In this document: one piece after another, positions 1 to 6,970 of the stretch
Numbering within the stretch: the first letter of the stretch is position 1
How the letters are laid out: each line of letters starts with the position of its first letter
Source of the DNA: an uncultured Bacteroidales bacterium
GTDB taxonomy: Bacteria > Bacteroidota > Bacteroidia > Bacteroidales > Paludibacteraceae
Length of the DNA stretch: 64,000 bases
Direction: 5' to 3'
NCBI GenBank assembly: GCA_902798965.1
Contig: CADBYS010000005.1
Span: forward strand, 23,640 to 87,639
Translations under genes and position numbers: made by a program
Notes under the pieces: generated by a model
What the model was told of the DNA's origin: nothing
The model's database searches: none
The model's input: only the letters and a program-made list of their open reading frames with translations

Positions 1-57
1 CTTTGACTTGTTCACCCTATTTCGCGAATAGATATGTGCCACAATATGTGCCGGGCA

Positions 58-89
58 CAAAGATACAAAAAAAAAATGACATATGCAAA
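58..89 (-). promoter_or_regulatory. Bacteroidetes sigma-A type promoter firing leftward out of the window
   Basis: Reverse complement of 58-65 is TATCTTTG (-7 TAnnTTTG). Reverse complement of 86-89 is TTTG (-33) inside ATGCAAAT, with an exact 20-nt spacer. The gene it drives lies left of position 1. Confidence 0.5.
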
Positions 90-184
90 TATTATTTGCA
101 AAAAATAAGAATTGTAACGCATATTCGGGAAAAATGCAAGATAAACCGACTATCCGCGCGCAAAAAAGAGAACCATATACACAC

Positions 185-268
185 AAAAAGAGAACCACTT
201 TCGTGATTCTCTTTTTGCGGTGCCGACCTCTTGCGACCAGCGTGTGATGATATTCGCGAGATTCAATC
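185..268 (-). pseudogene. Decayed tandem copy of tRNA-Asp (3' acceptor end kept, body degenerate) with an intact copy of its terminator hairpin
   Basis: 176-227 repeats 268-318 (about 47 nt, 2 mismatches), covering the hairpin plus TTTTTGCGGTGCCGAC. The next 40 nt (gcgaccagcgtgtgatgatattc) align only loosely with the tRNA-Asp body (gcgacctccggcgtgacaggccgatattc) and no cloverleaf is possible. Confidence 0.45.
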
Positions 269-274
269 TGCACA

Positions 275-303
275 CAAAAAGAGAACCACTTACGTGATTC
301 CCT
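275..303 (-). terminator. Rho-independent terminator of the tRNA-Val/tRNA-Asp operon
   Basis: The minus strand reads AGGGAAUCAC-GUAA-GUGGUUCUCU followed by UUUUU. The 10-bp stem uses two G-U pairs, so it folds better on the minus strand. It lies directly 3' of tRNA-Asp. Confidence 0.7.
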
Positions 304-308
304 TTTTG

Positions 309-382
309 CGGTGCCGACGAGACTCGAACTCGCGACCTCCGGCGTGACAGGCCGATATTCTAACCAACTGAACTACAGCACC
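309..382 (-). tRNA. tRNA-Asp (anticodon GTC)
   Basis: The reverse complement folds as a 74-nt cloverleaf: GGTGCTG-TA-GTTC-AGTTGGTTA-GAAT-A-TCGGC-CTGTCAC-GCCGG-AGGTC-GCGAG-TTCGAGT-CTCGT-CGGCACC-G. CCA is not encoded. Confidence 0.93.
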
Positions 383-502
383 TCGTCGGAACGAACTCGG
401 CTACCGATTTGCTTGCGCAAATAAAGCGCCTTGTTGTTCCTCCTCTCCGATTTCGAAATGTTTGCACATTCCTCATCGGTGTTCAACGGTCAGTACGTTG
501 TG

Positions 503-577
503 TGGGCGTTTACGGATTCGAACCGCAGACCCTCTGCTTGTAAGGCAGATGCTCTAAACCAGCTGAGCTAAACGCCC
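503..577 (-). tRNA. tRNA-Val (anticodon TAC)
   Basis: The reverse complement is GGGCGTT-TA-GCTC-AGCTGGTTTA-GAGC-A-TCTGC-CTTACAA-GCAGA-GGGTC-TGCGG-TTCGAAT-CCGTA-AACGCCC-A (75 nt). Confidence 0.93.
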
Positions 578-620
578 GTGCTTTCGTTAGGAGAAATGCG
601 CTATTTCTCAAAAGCGGATG

Positions 621-652
621 CAAAGGTACTACATTTTTTTGACATATGCAAA
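621..652 (-). promoter_or_regulatory. Promoter of the tRNA-Val/tRNA-Asp operon
   Basis: Reverse complement of 621-628 is TACCTTTG (-7). Reverse complement of 649-652 is TTTG (-33). The spacer is exactly 20 nt and the element lies about 45 nt upstream of tRNA-Val. Confidence 0.65.
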
Positions 653-750
653 TTTTTCCACAAAAATCATGCAAAAAGTGCACATTTCGCCTACAATTTA
701 GCAAGTAGGCTTTGCATTCGATGGGTAATTGGGGCAAAAAAACAGCAAAT

Positions 751-778
751 AGTCGAAAGTCAAAAGTCGAAAGTCAAA
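751..778. repeat. Short tandem repeat (agtcgaaagtcaaa x2; 7-nt sub-period agtcRaa x4)
   Basis: Read directly from the sequence at 751-778. Confidence 0.8.
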
Positions 779-827
779 AGCGCTACAATGGACTTAATAG
801 GTTCTTAGCCCTAAAGGGCACGATTAT

Positions 828-855
828 TTCACGAATTAAGCGAATTAAACTAATT
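828..855 (+). repeat. Short form of the ttcacgaattaagcgaa..ttaaactaatt intergenic repeat family
   Basis: ttcacgaattaagcgaattaaactaatt equals the long form (861-918) minus its internal ~30-nt insert. An inverted copy lies at 56808-56836. Confidence 0.75.
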
Positions 856-860
856 ATTAG

Positions 861-927
861 GTTCACGAATTAAGCGAAATAATCGTTCGAGTGAAACGAG
901 ATAAGAATTAAACTAATTATAATGGAC
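861..927 (+). repeat. Long form of the same intergenic repeat (58 nt identical to 14022-14079)
   Basis: gttcacgaattaagcgaaataatcgttcgagtgaaacgagataagaattaaactaatt is letter-for-letter identical at 861-918 and 14022-14079. Both copies are followed by (at)aatggac. Confidence 0.9.
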
Positions 928-944
928 GTAGAGGCAACAAATGA

Positions 945-970
945 GGCGGTGCGTCGGATGACACACCGCC
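945..970 (-). terminator. Possible rpsA terminator hairpin
   Basis: ggcggtg (945-951) pairs with caccgcc (964-970), 55 nt downstream of the rpsA stop. The trailing U tract on the minus strand is weak (ucauuuguu). Confidence 0.4.
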
Positions 971-1025
971 TGGTTTGTGAGATAGTCAACCGTTGAGCGA
1001 GGCTCAACGTGTTAACGGCAGACGA

Positions 1026-2828
1026 TTACTCAGCGTCCTTCTTAGCGGCTTTCTTAGCCGGAGCTTTCTTGGCGGGTTTAGCCTCAGCCTCCATGGAAGC
1101 CTTGAGGTTAGCCAATACGTCAAGATCGCCAAGAGTAGTCTTCTCTACCTTCGGGAGTTCGGGCTGAGCCTCTTTCTTCTCGGCCTTAGCTTCCTTCTTC
1201 TCAACCTCCTTGCGCTCCTCCCAGGTACGGAGATGCGAAACGAGGATGCGCTTAGCCTCGCGGTTGAACTCAAGCACCTTAACGTCGAGCTCGTCGCCAA
1301 CGGCTACAGGGCTCTTGTCTTCCTTCTGGAGGTGACGGGTCGGGCAGAAGCCTTCTACGCCCTCATCGAGGAGGATGATAGCACCCTTGTCGCTGATCTC
1401 AAGAACCTTACCGGTAACGATGGTATCAACGCCGAACTTAGCCTCCAGCTCCTCCCAAGGATTCTCCTCGAGTTGCTTGTGACCAAGCGAGAGACGACGG
1501 TTCTCCTTGTCGATATCGAGTACGAGAACCTCGATCTCAGCACCAATCTGGGTGAACTCATTCGGGTGTTTGATCTTCTTCGTCCAGCTCAGGTCGCTGA
1601 TGTGGATGAGGCCTTCAACGCCCTCTTCCAGCTCAACGAATACGCCGAAGCCGGTGAAGTTGCGAACCTTAGCGAAGTGACGTGTACCGATAGCGTACTT
1701 GGTCTCGATGTTCTCCCAAGGATCAGCCTTGAGTTGCTTGATACCGAGCGACATCTTACGATCAGCGCGGTCGAGGGTCAGGATGACGCACTCTACCTCT
1801 TGACCAACCTTCAGGTAGTCGTTAGCCGAACGCAGGTGCTGGCTCCAGCTCATCTCACTTACGTGAACGAGACCTTCAACGCCGTCAGCTACCTCAACGA
1901 ATGCTCCGTAATCGGTCATCACAACAACTTTACCCTTGATCTTGTCACCAACCTTCAGGTTAGCGTCGAGTGCATCCCAAGGATGCGGGGTGAGTTGCTT
2001 CAAGCCGAGAGCGATACGTTTCTTCTCCTCGTCGAAGTCGAGAATAACAACATTGATCTTCTGGTCAAGTTGTACGATCTCCTTCGGATCGCTAACGCGA
2101 CCCCAGCTCAGGTCGGTAATGTGGATCAGGCCGTCAACGCCACCCAGGTCGATAAATACGCCGTAGTTGGTGATGTTCTTAACGGTACCCTCAAGCACTT
2201 GACCTTTCTCGAGCTTGCCAACGATCTCCCTCTTCTGTGCCTCCAACTCAGCCTCGATGAGAGCCTTGTGGGAAACAACAACGTTACGGAACTCAGGATT
2301 GATCTTAACGATCTTGAACTCCATGGTCTTGCCAACGAACTGGTCGTAGTCGCGGATAGGACGGATGTCGATCTGGCTGCCCGGCAAGAATGCTTCCATG
2401 CCGAGTACATCAACGATCATGCCACCTTTGGTGCGGCACTTGATGTAACCTTGAACGATCTCTTCCTTCTCGCAAGCCTCGTTAACGCGATCCCAAGCTT
2501 GGGCGGCACGAGCCTCCTTGTGCGAAAGAACGAGCTGACCGTTCTTATCCTCTTGACTCTGGATGTAAACCTCTACTTTGTCACCTGCCTTCAGGTCAGG
2601 GTTGTAGCGGAACTCGGAAGCGGCGATGATACCGTCGGATTTGAAGCCAACGTTTACAACTACTTCGCGTTTGTTAACTGAAACGACGGTACCTTCAACT
2701 ACCTCGTTCTCTTTGATAGCACTCAGACTGCCATCGTACTTTGCAATTTCGCCTTCGTTCTTGGCGCCTTTGGCTGTTGCCTCATAAGCATCCCAGTCGA
2801 AATTGCCCATTACTAAATTCTCTGCCAT
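1026..2828 (-). CDS. rpsA: 30S ribosomal protein S1
   Basis: 600 aa with six tandem S1/OB repeats, e.g. GTVVSVNKREVVVNVGFKSDGII, GYIKCRTKGGMIVDV, GTVKNITNYGVFIDLGGVDGLIHITDLSW and GKVVVMTDYGAFVEV..GLVHVSEMSW. Lys/Ala-rich C-terminal tail. ATG at 2826-2828. Confidence 0.97.
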   Translation of the reverse strand: MAENLVMGNFDWDAYEATAKGAKNEGEIAKYDGSLSAIKENEVVEGTVVSVNKREVVVNVGFKSDGIIAASEFRYNPDLKAGDKVEVYIQSQEDKNGQLVLSHKEARAAQAWDRVNEACEKEEIVQGYIKCRTKGGMIVDVLGMEAFLPGSQIDIRPIRDYDQFVGKTMEFKIVKINPEFRNVVVSHKALIEAELEAQKREIVGKLEKGQVLEGTVKNITNYGVFIDLGGVDGLIHITDLSWGRVSDPKEIVQLDQKINVVILDFDEEKKRIALGLKQLTPHPWDALDANLKVGDKIKGKVVVMTDYGAFVEVADGVEGLVHVSEMSWSQHLRSANDYLKVGQEVECVILTLDRADRKMSLGIKQLKADPWENIETKYAIGTRHFAKVRNFTGFGVFVELEEGVEGLIHISDLSWTKKIKHPNEFTQIGAEIEVLVLDIDKENRRLSLGHKQLEENPWEELEAKFGVDTIVTGKVLEISDKGAIILLDEGVEGFCPTRHLQKEDKSPVAVGDELDVKVLEFNREAKRILVSHLRTWEERKEVEKKEAKAEKKEAQPELPKVEKTTLGDLDVLANLKASMEAEAKPAKKAPAKKAAKKDAE

Positions 2829-2977
2829 TTGTGGTAGAAAGTGCTGAATGTGTCTCGATTATTTCGGCATTGCGCTGTATTGGCGCGCCGATATCCCGAG
2901 TTATTCAGCGGAAAAATTAATAGTTACACATTGCTTATGCAATGAAGCCTCAATGCTTCATTCGCAGAAAAAGCGTG

Positions 2978-3009
2978 CAAAGGTACAAAAAAAAATTGAC
3001 ATTTGCAAA
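2978..3009 (-). promoter_or_regulatory. rpsA promoter
   Basis: Reverse complement of 2978-2985 is TACCTTTG. The -33 TTTG (reverse complement of 3006-3009) sits in the palindrome ATTTGCAAAT. The spacer is 20 nt and includes an A9 run. Confidence 0.65.
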
Positions 3010-3094
3010 TTTTTTCGTGTCAATCTTTATTTTGCAACCTTAACATGCATCCTTCGCATGGTTGCCAAACAGCTGTTGTGTGGCTAAGCGGAGG

Positions 3095-4030
3095 CTATTT
3101 GGAGCGGGGATGAGCTTGGCGGTAGGCTTTCTGGATCTGCTCAAAGGTGGCGTGGGTATAGACCTGCGTGGCAGCGAGGCTGCTATGGCCGAGCAGGTTC
3201 TGGATAGTGCGGATGTCGGCGCCGTTGTTGAGCATGGTGGTAGCAAAGGTGTGCCGGAGCACGTGGGGCGAGTGCTTCTTGAGCGTGGATACCTCCCCCA
3301 TCCTATCGCGGACTACGGCATATACGGCTCGGGCATCCATAGGCACGACTGTTCCGTTGCGTCGCACGTAGGTAAGCAGATGGTGGTCGGGTGTCTCAAA
3401 ACCGCTGCGCACCTCTTGATACGCCTCGATGTCGGCCATCAGCCGTTCGCCGATAGGTACTACACGTTCCTTGCGGCGCTTACCGAACACGCGTATCTGC
3501 CCTTGTTTGAGGTCGATATCGCCATCGGTGAGTCCCACCAGTTCGGCGCGACGCATACCTGTCTGGTATAGGATAGATATAATCAGATGGTCGCGCGTGA
3601 GTTCGAACACCTCGCGCGGCGTAGCCTGGCTGTCAGGGCTGTGCATCAGCTCATCAAGTTCGCGCTCGCCGATGGCTTGTTCGCGCTCCATCTCGCTCTC
3701 GCGGAAGAAGACCGGCAAAGGCTTATCGGTCTTTGGGGAGATGACACCTTGCGTAATGTCGCGGCTGACCAACCCTTGTCGAAGCAGGTACTTATAGAAC
3801 GAGCGAAGCGCCGACAAGCGGCGCTTAACGGTGCGGGGTGACAAGCCGTTATCCAACATGTGCACCATCCACATCTTCACATCGTAGGTATCGAACTCCG
3901 ATGGCTGAAAGTTTTTCTCGTCCTTGCCCACAAACTCCGCAAAGGCGCGCAGGTCATCGCCATACTCACCCACGGTGCGCAAGGAGTAGCGGCGCTCGTA
4001 TTGCAGGAAGTCGAGAAATCGCTGGATCAT
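3095..4030 (-). CDS. Tyrosine site-specific recombinase, XerC/XerD family
   Basis: 311 aa. Catalytic C-terminus HSPHVLRHTFATTMLNNGADIRTIQNLLGHSSLAATQVYTH (R..HxxR..H..Y). N-terminal core-binding domain FLDFLQYERRYSLRTVGEYGDDLRAF. Confidence 0.9.
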   Translation of the reverse strand: MIQRFLDFLQYERRYSLRTVGEYGDDLRAFAEFVGKDEKNFQPSEFDTYDVKMWMVHMLDNGLSPRTVKRRLSALRSFYKYLLRQGLVSRDITQGVISPKTDKPLPVFFRESEMEREQAIGERELDELMHSPDSQATPREVFELTRDHLIISILYQTGMRRAELVGLTDGDIDLKQGQIRVFGKRRKERVVPIGERLMADIEAYQEVRSGFETPDHHLLTYVRRNGTVVPMDARAVYAVVRDRMGEVSTLKKHSPHVLRHTFATTMLNNGADIRTIQNLLGHSSLAATQVYTHATFEQIQKAYRQAHPRSK

Positions 4031-4054
4031 AGTGCAAAGAGCGGGGTGAAAGGA

Positions 4055-4702
4055 TTAGATATCCCTGCCTTTGGTATCAGCCGGCTCGAAGGGGAACAAG
4101 CCGAACAGTTCAGCATCGATGCGGTCGACAACCGACTGGAAATCTTCGGGGTTGTCGCCGAACTTAACCTTATCGCCCTCCACGATGAGCAGCTTGCCCT
4201 TGTAATCCTTGATCCAGTTCTCGTAGAGATCGTTGAGGCCTTGCAGGTAATCGATACGGATACTGGCCTCGTAGGAACGGCCGCGCTTCTGAATCTGCGA
4301 GACGAGCGTGGGCACCGAGGCGCGCACGTAGATCATCAGGTCGGGGTTCTTGATGAGCGAAGTCATCAGGTTGAACAGGTCGGTATAGGTATTGAAATCC
4401 CTATCGGACATGAAACCCTGCTTGTACAGGTTGGGCGCAAAGATACGCGCATCCTCGTAGATCGTACGATCCTGGATGACGTACTTGTCGGAGTTCAATA
4501 TATCTACCACGTCCTTGAATCGCTTGTTGAGGAAGTATATCTGCAGGTTGAACGACCATCGAGCCATGTTTGCGTAGAAATCAGCGAGATAGGGATTGTA
4601 CTCCACACTCTCGAAACGGGGTTCCCAACCATAATGTTTGGCCAACATACTTGTCAGCGTTGTTTTACCGCAACCGATATTGCCTGCTACTGCTATATGC
4701 AT
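4055..4702 (-). CDS. Deoxynucleoside kinase (dNK family), paralog 1
   Basis: P-loop IAVAGNIGCGKTTL, DRTIYED (DRS-type motif), and arginine-rich lid QKRGRSYE. The ORF track starts at 4780, but the family-typical start MHIAVAGN is the ATG at 4700-4702. Confidence 0.88.
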   Translation of the reverse strand: MHIAVAGNIGCGKTTLTSMLAKHYGWEPRFESVEYNPYLADFYANMARWSFNLQIYFLNKRFKDVVDILNSDKYVIQDRTIYEDARIFAPNLYKQGFMSDRDFNTYTDLFNLMTSLIKNPDLMIYVRASVPTLVSQIQKRGRSYEASIRIDYLQGLNDLYENWIKDYKGKLLIVEGDKVKFGDNPEDFQSVVDRIDAELFGLFPFEPADTKGRDI

Positions 4703-4853
4703 TCGCGTTCGCCAATGGGTCGCACGGGCTGAGCGCCACACGCTCATCAAGGCTTCCCATGTCTCCGCTCTTCGGTTCACAAAATTTTATTTTGTTTCCC
4801 GAGGGGTGAAGACCCTCTTTGACGATCAAGAGGATTTAAAGTTTATACTATAG

Positions 4854-5483
4854 TTACCATTGTTGTTCGGAGAAGAGGCCGAAGAGCTGGGCGTCAATCT
4901 TGTTAACGATGGTGCGGAAGTCTTCGGGGTTGTTCTCAAAATCCATATTGTCGCTCTCGATGACGAGCACTCTACCCTCGTACTGATGGAAGATGAAATC
5001 TTCGTAGCGCTCGTTCAAGTCCTTGAGGTAGTCGAGTTGCATGGTCTGCTCGTAGTCGCGTCCGCGCTTCTGGATCTGTGCGATGAGTGTGGGCACGGAC
5101 TTGCGGAGATAGATCATCAGATCGGGCAGTTTCATCATGCTTTTCATATGATTGAACAGCTCCATGTACGTGGTGTAGTCGCGGTCGTCGAGGTCGCCAC
5201 GGCGGTAGTTGTTCGCCACAAACACATATACGCCCTCGAAGATACTTCGGTCTTGCACAATCGTGTGCGTCGAGGCATTGACCGCTAACATATCCTTGAA
5301 GCGCTCCTTGAGGAAGTAGGTCTCCAGGCAGAATGACCAGCGCTTGATGTCGGTATAGTAATCCTCCAAGTACGGATTGAAACCCACGCTCTCGAAGCGG
5401 GGTTCCCAACCATAGTACCTGGCCAGCATCTTCGTCAATGTTGTCTTGCCCGCACCTATATTTCCTGCTATCGCAATATACAT
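4854..5483 (-). CDS. Deoxynucleoside kinase (dNK family), paralog 2
   Basis: 209 aa with IAIAGNIGAGKTTL, DRSIFEG and QKRGRDYE. By eye about 50% identical to the adjacent paralog. Confidence 0.9.
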   Translation of the reverse strand: MYIAIAGNIGAGKTTLTKMLARYYGWEPRFESVGFNPYLEDYYTDIKRWSFCLETYFLKERFKDMLAVNASTHTIVQDRSIFEGVYVFVANNYRRGDLDDRDYTTYMELFNHMKSMMKLPDLMIYLRKSVPTLIAQIQKRGRDYEQTMQLDYLKDLNERYEDFIFHQYEGRVLVIESDNMDFENNPEDFRTIVNKIDAQLFGLFSEQQW

Positions 5484-5520
5484 AAAGAGATGTACAATTT
5501 AATTATGTACGATGTACGAT

Positions 5521-6417
5521 TTATTTACGATTTACCATTTTTTGCAGCGTGTATTTCTTGGCGGCTTTGTGGGCTACTTGCTGCACGATCTTGCGCTGCT
5601 CCTTGTTCATTCCTTCGGCCATATATTCGCATCCCATGCAGCTTTTGCCGGTCAGTACCTCGAGCCACAAGCAGGCCATCATATAGCGGCCGTAGGTGTA
5701 ACTGAGGTGAAAACCGTCGCGGCACATGGTGTCGCCGAGTTTCGTGCGACGTGCATCCTGAATGGCTATGCCGCCGGGAATGAAACCGTCGAAGTGGTGC
5801 GACTTGAGCACCTGGCGGTTGCAGCCGAGAATCTCGTCGTACATATACGATTGATCGCGGTTGTAGTTCGGGATGAAGGCGGGGTGCTTGGCGTCTTGCT
5901 GATATGCCCAAGTCATGTACCAGTAGATCTTCGTCTTGGGCGATATGTGCAGCTTGACGCTATCGATCAGCTCGCTCAGCCACGGCTCGTAGGTGAACCA
6001 CTGACCACTGAAGTGGCTGGCTTGCTGCATGGTTACTACATCCCACTCATCGGATTGCAGGGCTTGGAGGATCGACACACCTTCCGTCACATCGCGTGCA
6101 AACTCCACGCTGCCGTCAGCGGCCACGCGCTTCTGCATCAGGCGGTAGGAGTAAGCTGCCGAGTCGCGGCGGATGTTCGTAGCATGTTGCTCCAGCGAGC
6201 AGCCCGGGATATACAGGTTGCCTACCGTGAGCTTGATGCCACGCTCGTCAGCCAACTGCACGAAGTTCTGCTCTACGGCGTCAATCGAGAAACTGTTGCC
6301 GATGCACAGCACTTTCATCTCGCGCACGGGCTGTTGCTTAGCTGTTGCGTGCGCCACACAAACAACCTCCGTTACCGCGAGTAACAGAACAATAGCTATA
6401 TAATGGAGTTTTCGCAT
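5521..6417 (-). CDS. Secreted DUF4886-like / SGNH-fold protein
   Basis: 298 aa with a signal peptide (MRKLHYIAIVLLLAVTEVVCVAHA), then the KVLCIGNSFSIDAVEQNF block typical of GDSL/SGNH-like DUF4886 proteins. Confidence 0.7.
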   Translation of the reverse strand: MRKLHYIAIVLLLAVTEVVCVAHATAKQQPVREMKVLCIGNSFSIDAVEQNFVQLADERGIKLTVGNLYIPGCSLEQHATNIRRDSAAYSYRLMQKRVAADGSVEFARDVTEGVSILQALQSDEWDVVTMQQASHFSGQWFTYEPWLSELIDSVKLHISPKTKIYWYMTWAYQQDAKHPAFIPNYNRDQSYMYDEILGCNRQVLKSHHFDGFIPGGIAIQDARRTKLGDTMCRDGFHLSYTYGRYMMACLWLEVLTGKSCMGCEYMAEGMNKEQRKIVQQVAHKAAKKYTLQKMVNRK

Positions 6418-6442
6418 ACAAACAGGTATTTCTAAAATTTAT

Positions 6443-6462
6443 CCCATATCGGGCGATATGGG
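6443..6462 (-). terminator. Hairpin downstream of the small ORF 6522-6752
   Basis: cccatatc-gggc-gatatggg (8-bp stem), followed on the minus strand by an A/U-rich stretch (auaaauuuuag). Confidence 0.4.
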
Positions 6463-6521
6463 CTCTTGCGAGAAATGATTTGCACCAAGCAGTTGGTATC
6501 AATGACTACAGGTCTCATAAC

Positions 6522-6752
6522 TTACACATGATACGGCGTGCGGAGATGTGCGCCACGAAGTTCCTGTAACTTATCTTCATTCAATTCGCCGCTATCCCAA
6601 AGCCGATCCATTTCCTCATCTACCCGCTGCGCATAGAACAATGCCAATTGCTCGCGCAACTGATCCAAGGCAAGTTGTGACTTGATGTGCGACATCAAGT
6701 TAAACACATGCACTTGAGCGGGATTAAACGTTATCGTTTCCATACTAATCAT
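6522..6752 (-). CDS. Small conserved-looking cytoplasmic protein (76 aa), function unknown
   Basis: Helical and acidic, ending ..LQELRGAHLRTPYHV. It starts 10 nt after the 3' end of tRNA-Ala. The architecture resembles small antitoxin-like proteins, but no partner gene is adjacent. Confidence 0.5.
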   Translation of the reverse strand: MISMETITFNPAQVHVFNLMSHIKSQLALDQLREQLALFYAQRVDEEMDRLWDSGELNEDKLQELRGAHLRTPYHV

Positions 6753-6761
6753 TTCTAATTG

Positions 6762-6834
6762 TGGAGCATAGGGGACTCGAACCCCTTACCTTAACATTGC
6801 GAACGTTACGCTCTACCAGATGAGCTAATGCCCC
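6762..6834 (-). tRNA. tRNA-Ala (anticodon CGC)
   Basis: The reverse complement is GGGGCAT-TA-GCTC-ATCTGGTA-GAGC-G-TAACG-TTCGCAA-TGTTA-AGGTA-AGGGG-TTCGAGT-CCCCT-ATGCTCC-A (73 nt). The G3:U70 alanine identity pair is present. Confidence 0.92.
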
Positions 6835-6927
6835 GCGTGCGTCAGCACGCGCACTATTTACAGTCCTGTGCTGCGCGAAAGTTTTCGCTCTACTTGCAAG
6901 CGTGGTTGCCCACGCCTGCAAGAGAGG

Positions 6928-6970
6928 AAAGGATGTTGATTACTCAACTAAAGGATGTTGATTACTCAAC
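6928..6970. repeat. Perfect 21-nt unit repeated in tandem (period 22) across the stop codon of the 903-aa gene
   Basis: aaaggatgttgattactcaac occurs at 6928-6948 and again at 6950-6970. The second copy contains the stop codon (6962-6964) and the last two codons. Confidence 0.9.

Noticed and set aside
3-206. Short ORFs lying over promoter or leader DNA. These are 3-206, 578-808, 2848-3087, 10979-11185, 29502-29978, 31322-31546, 42125-42337, 59526-59822 and 62989-63357.
   Set aside because: They cross tRNA genes, terminators or -7/-33 boxes and are A/T-rich with Phe/Lys/Ile/Asn junk composition. None has a recognisable motif.
993-2681. A 562-aa ORF antisense to rpsA. Similar long antisense ORFs occur elsewhere, e.g. 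42947-44395 opposite gyrB. Others are 20570-21763 and 22040-23428 opposite susC, 23740-24714 opposite the amidase gene, and 3860-4732, 5512-6384, 12562-13380, 14306-15124, 16569-17312, 19512-20306 and 40506-41318.
   Set aside because: Each lies entirely inside a sense gene that has unmistakable family motifs. Their translations are low-complexity (Leu/Val/Arg/Gly-rich) with no recognisable domains. This is the usual consequence of stop-codon depletion on the reverse strand of moderately GC-rich, codon-biased genes.
3095-4030. The XerC/D-family recombinase considered as the integrase of a genomic island, with tRNA-Ala (6762-6834) as attachment site for the 6.9-29.5 kb block.
   Set aside because: The recombinase is separated from the block by three housekeeping-type genes and lies on the far side of the tRNA. 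I found no direct repeat of the tRNA-Ala 3' end at the right boundary (~29.5 kb). The protein looks like a chromosomal Xer-type enzyme rather than a phage or ICE integrase. The island hypothesis is left only as a weak note under the 21-nt duplication.
4055-5483. The tandem deoxynucleoside kinase paralogs, considered as an unusual feature.
   Set aside because: Adjacent paired dNK genes, such as dAK/dGK-type heterodimer partners, are a known arrangement in several bacterial lineages. Nothing in the sequence departs from it.
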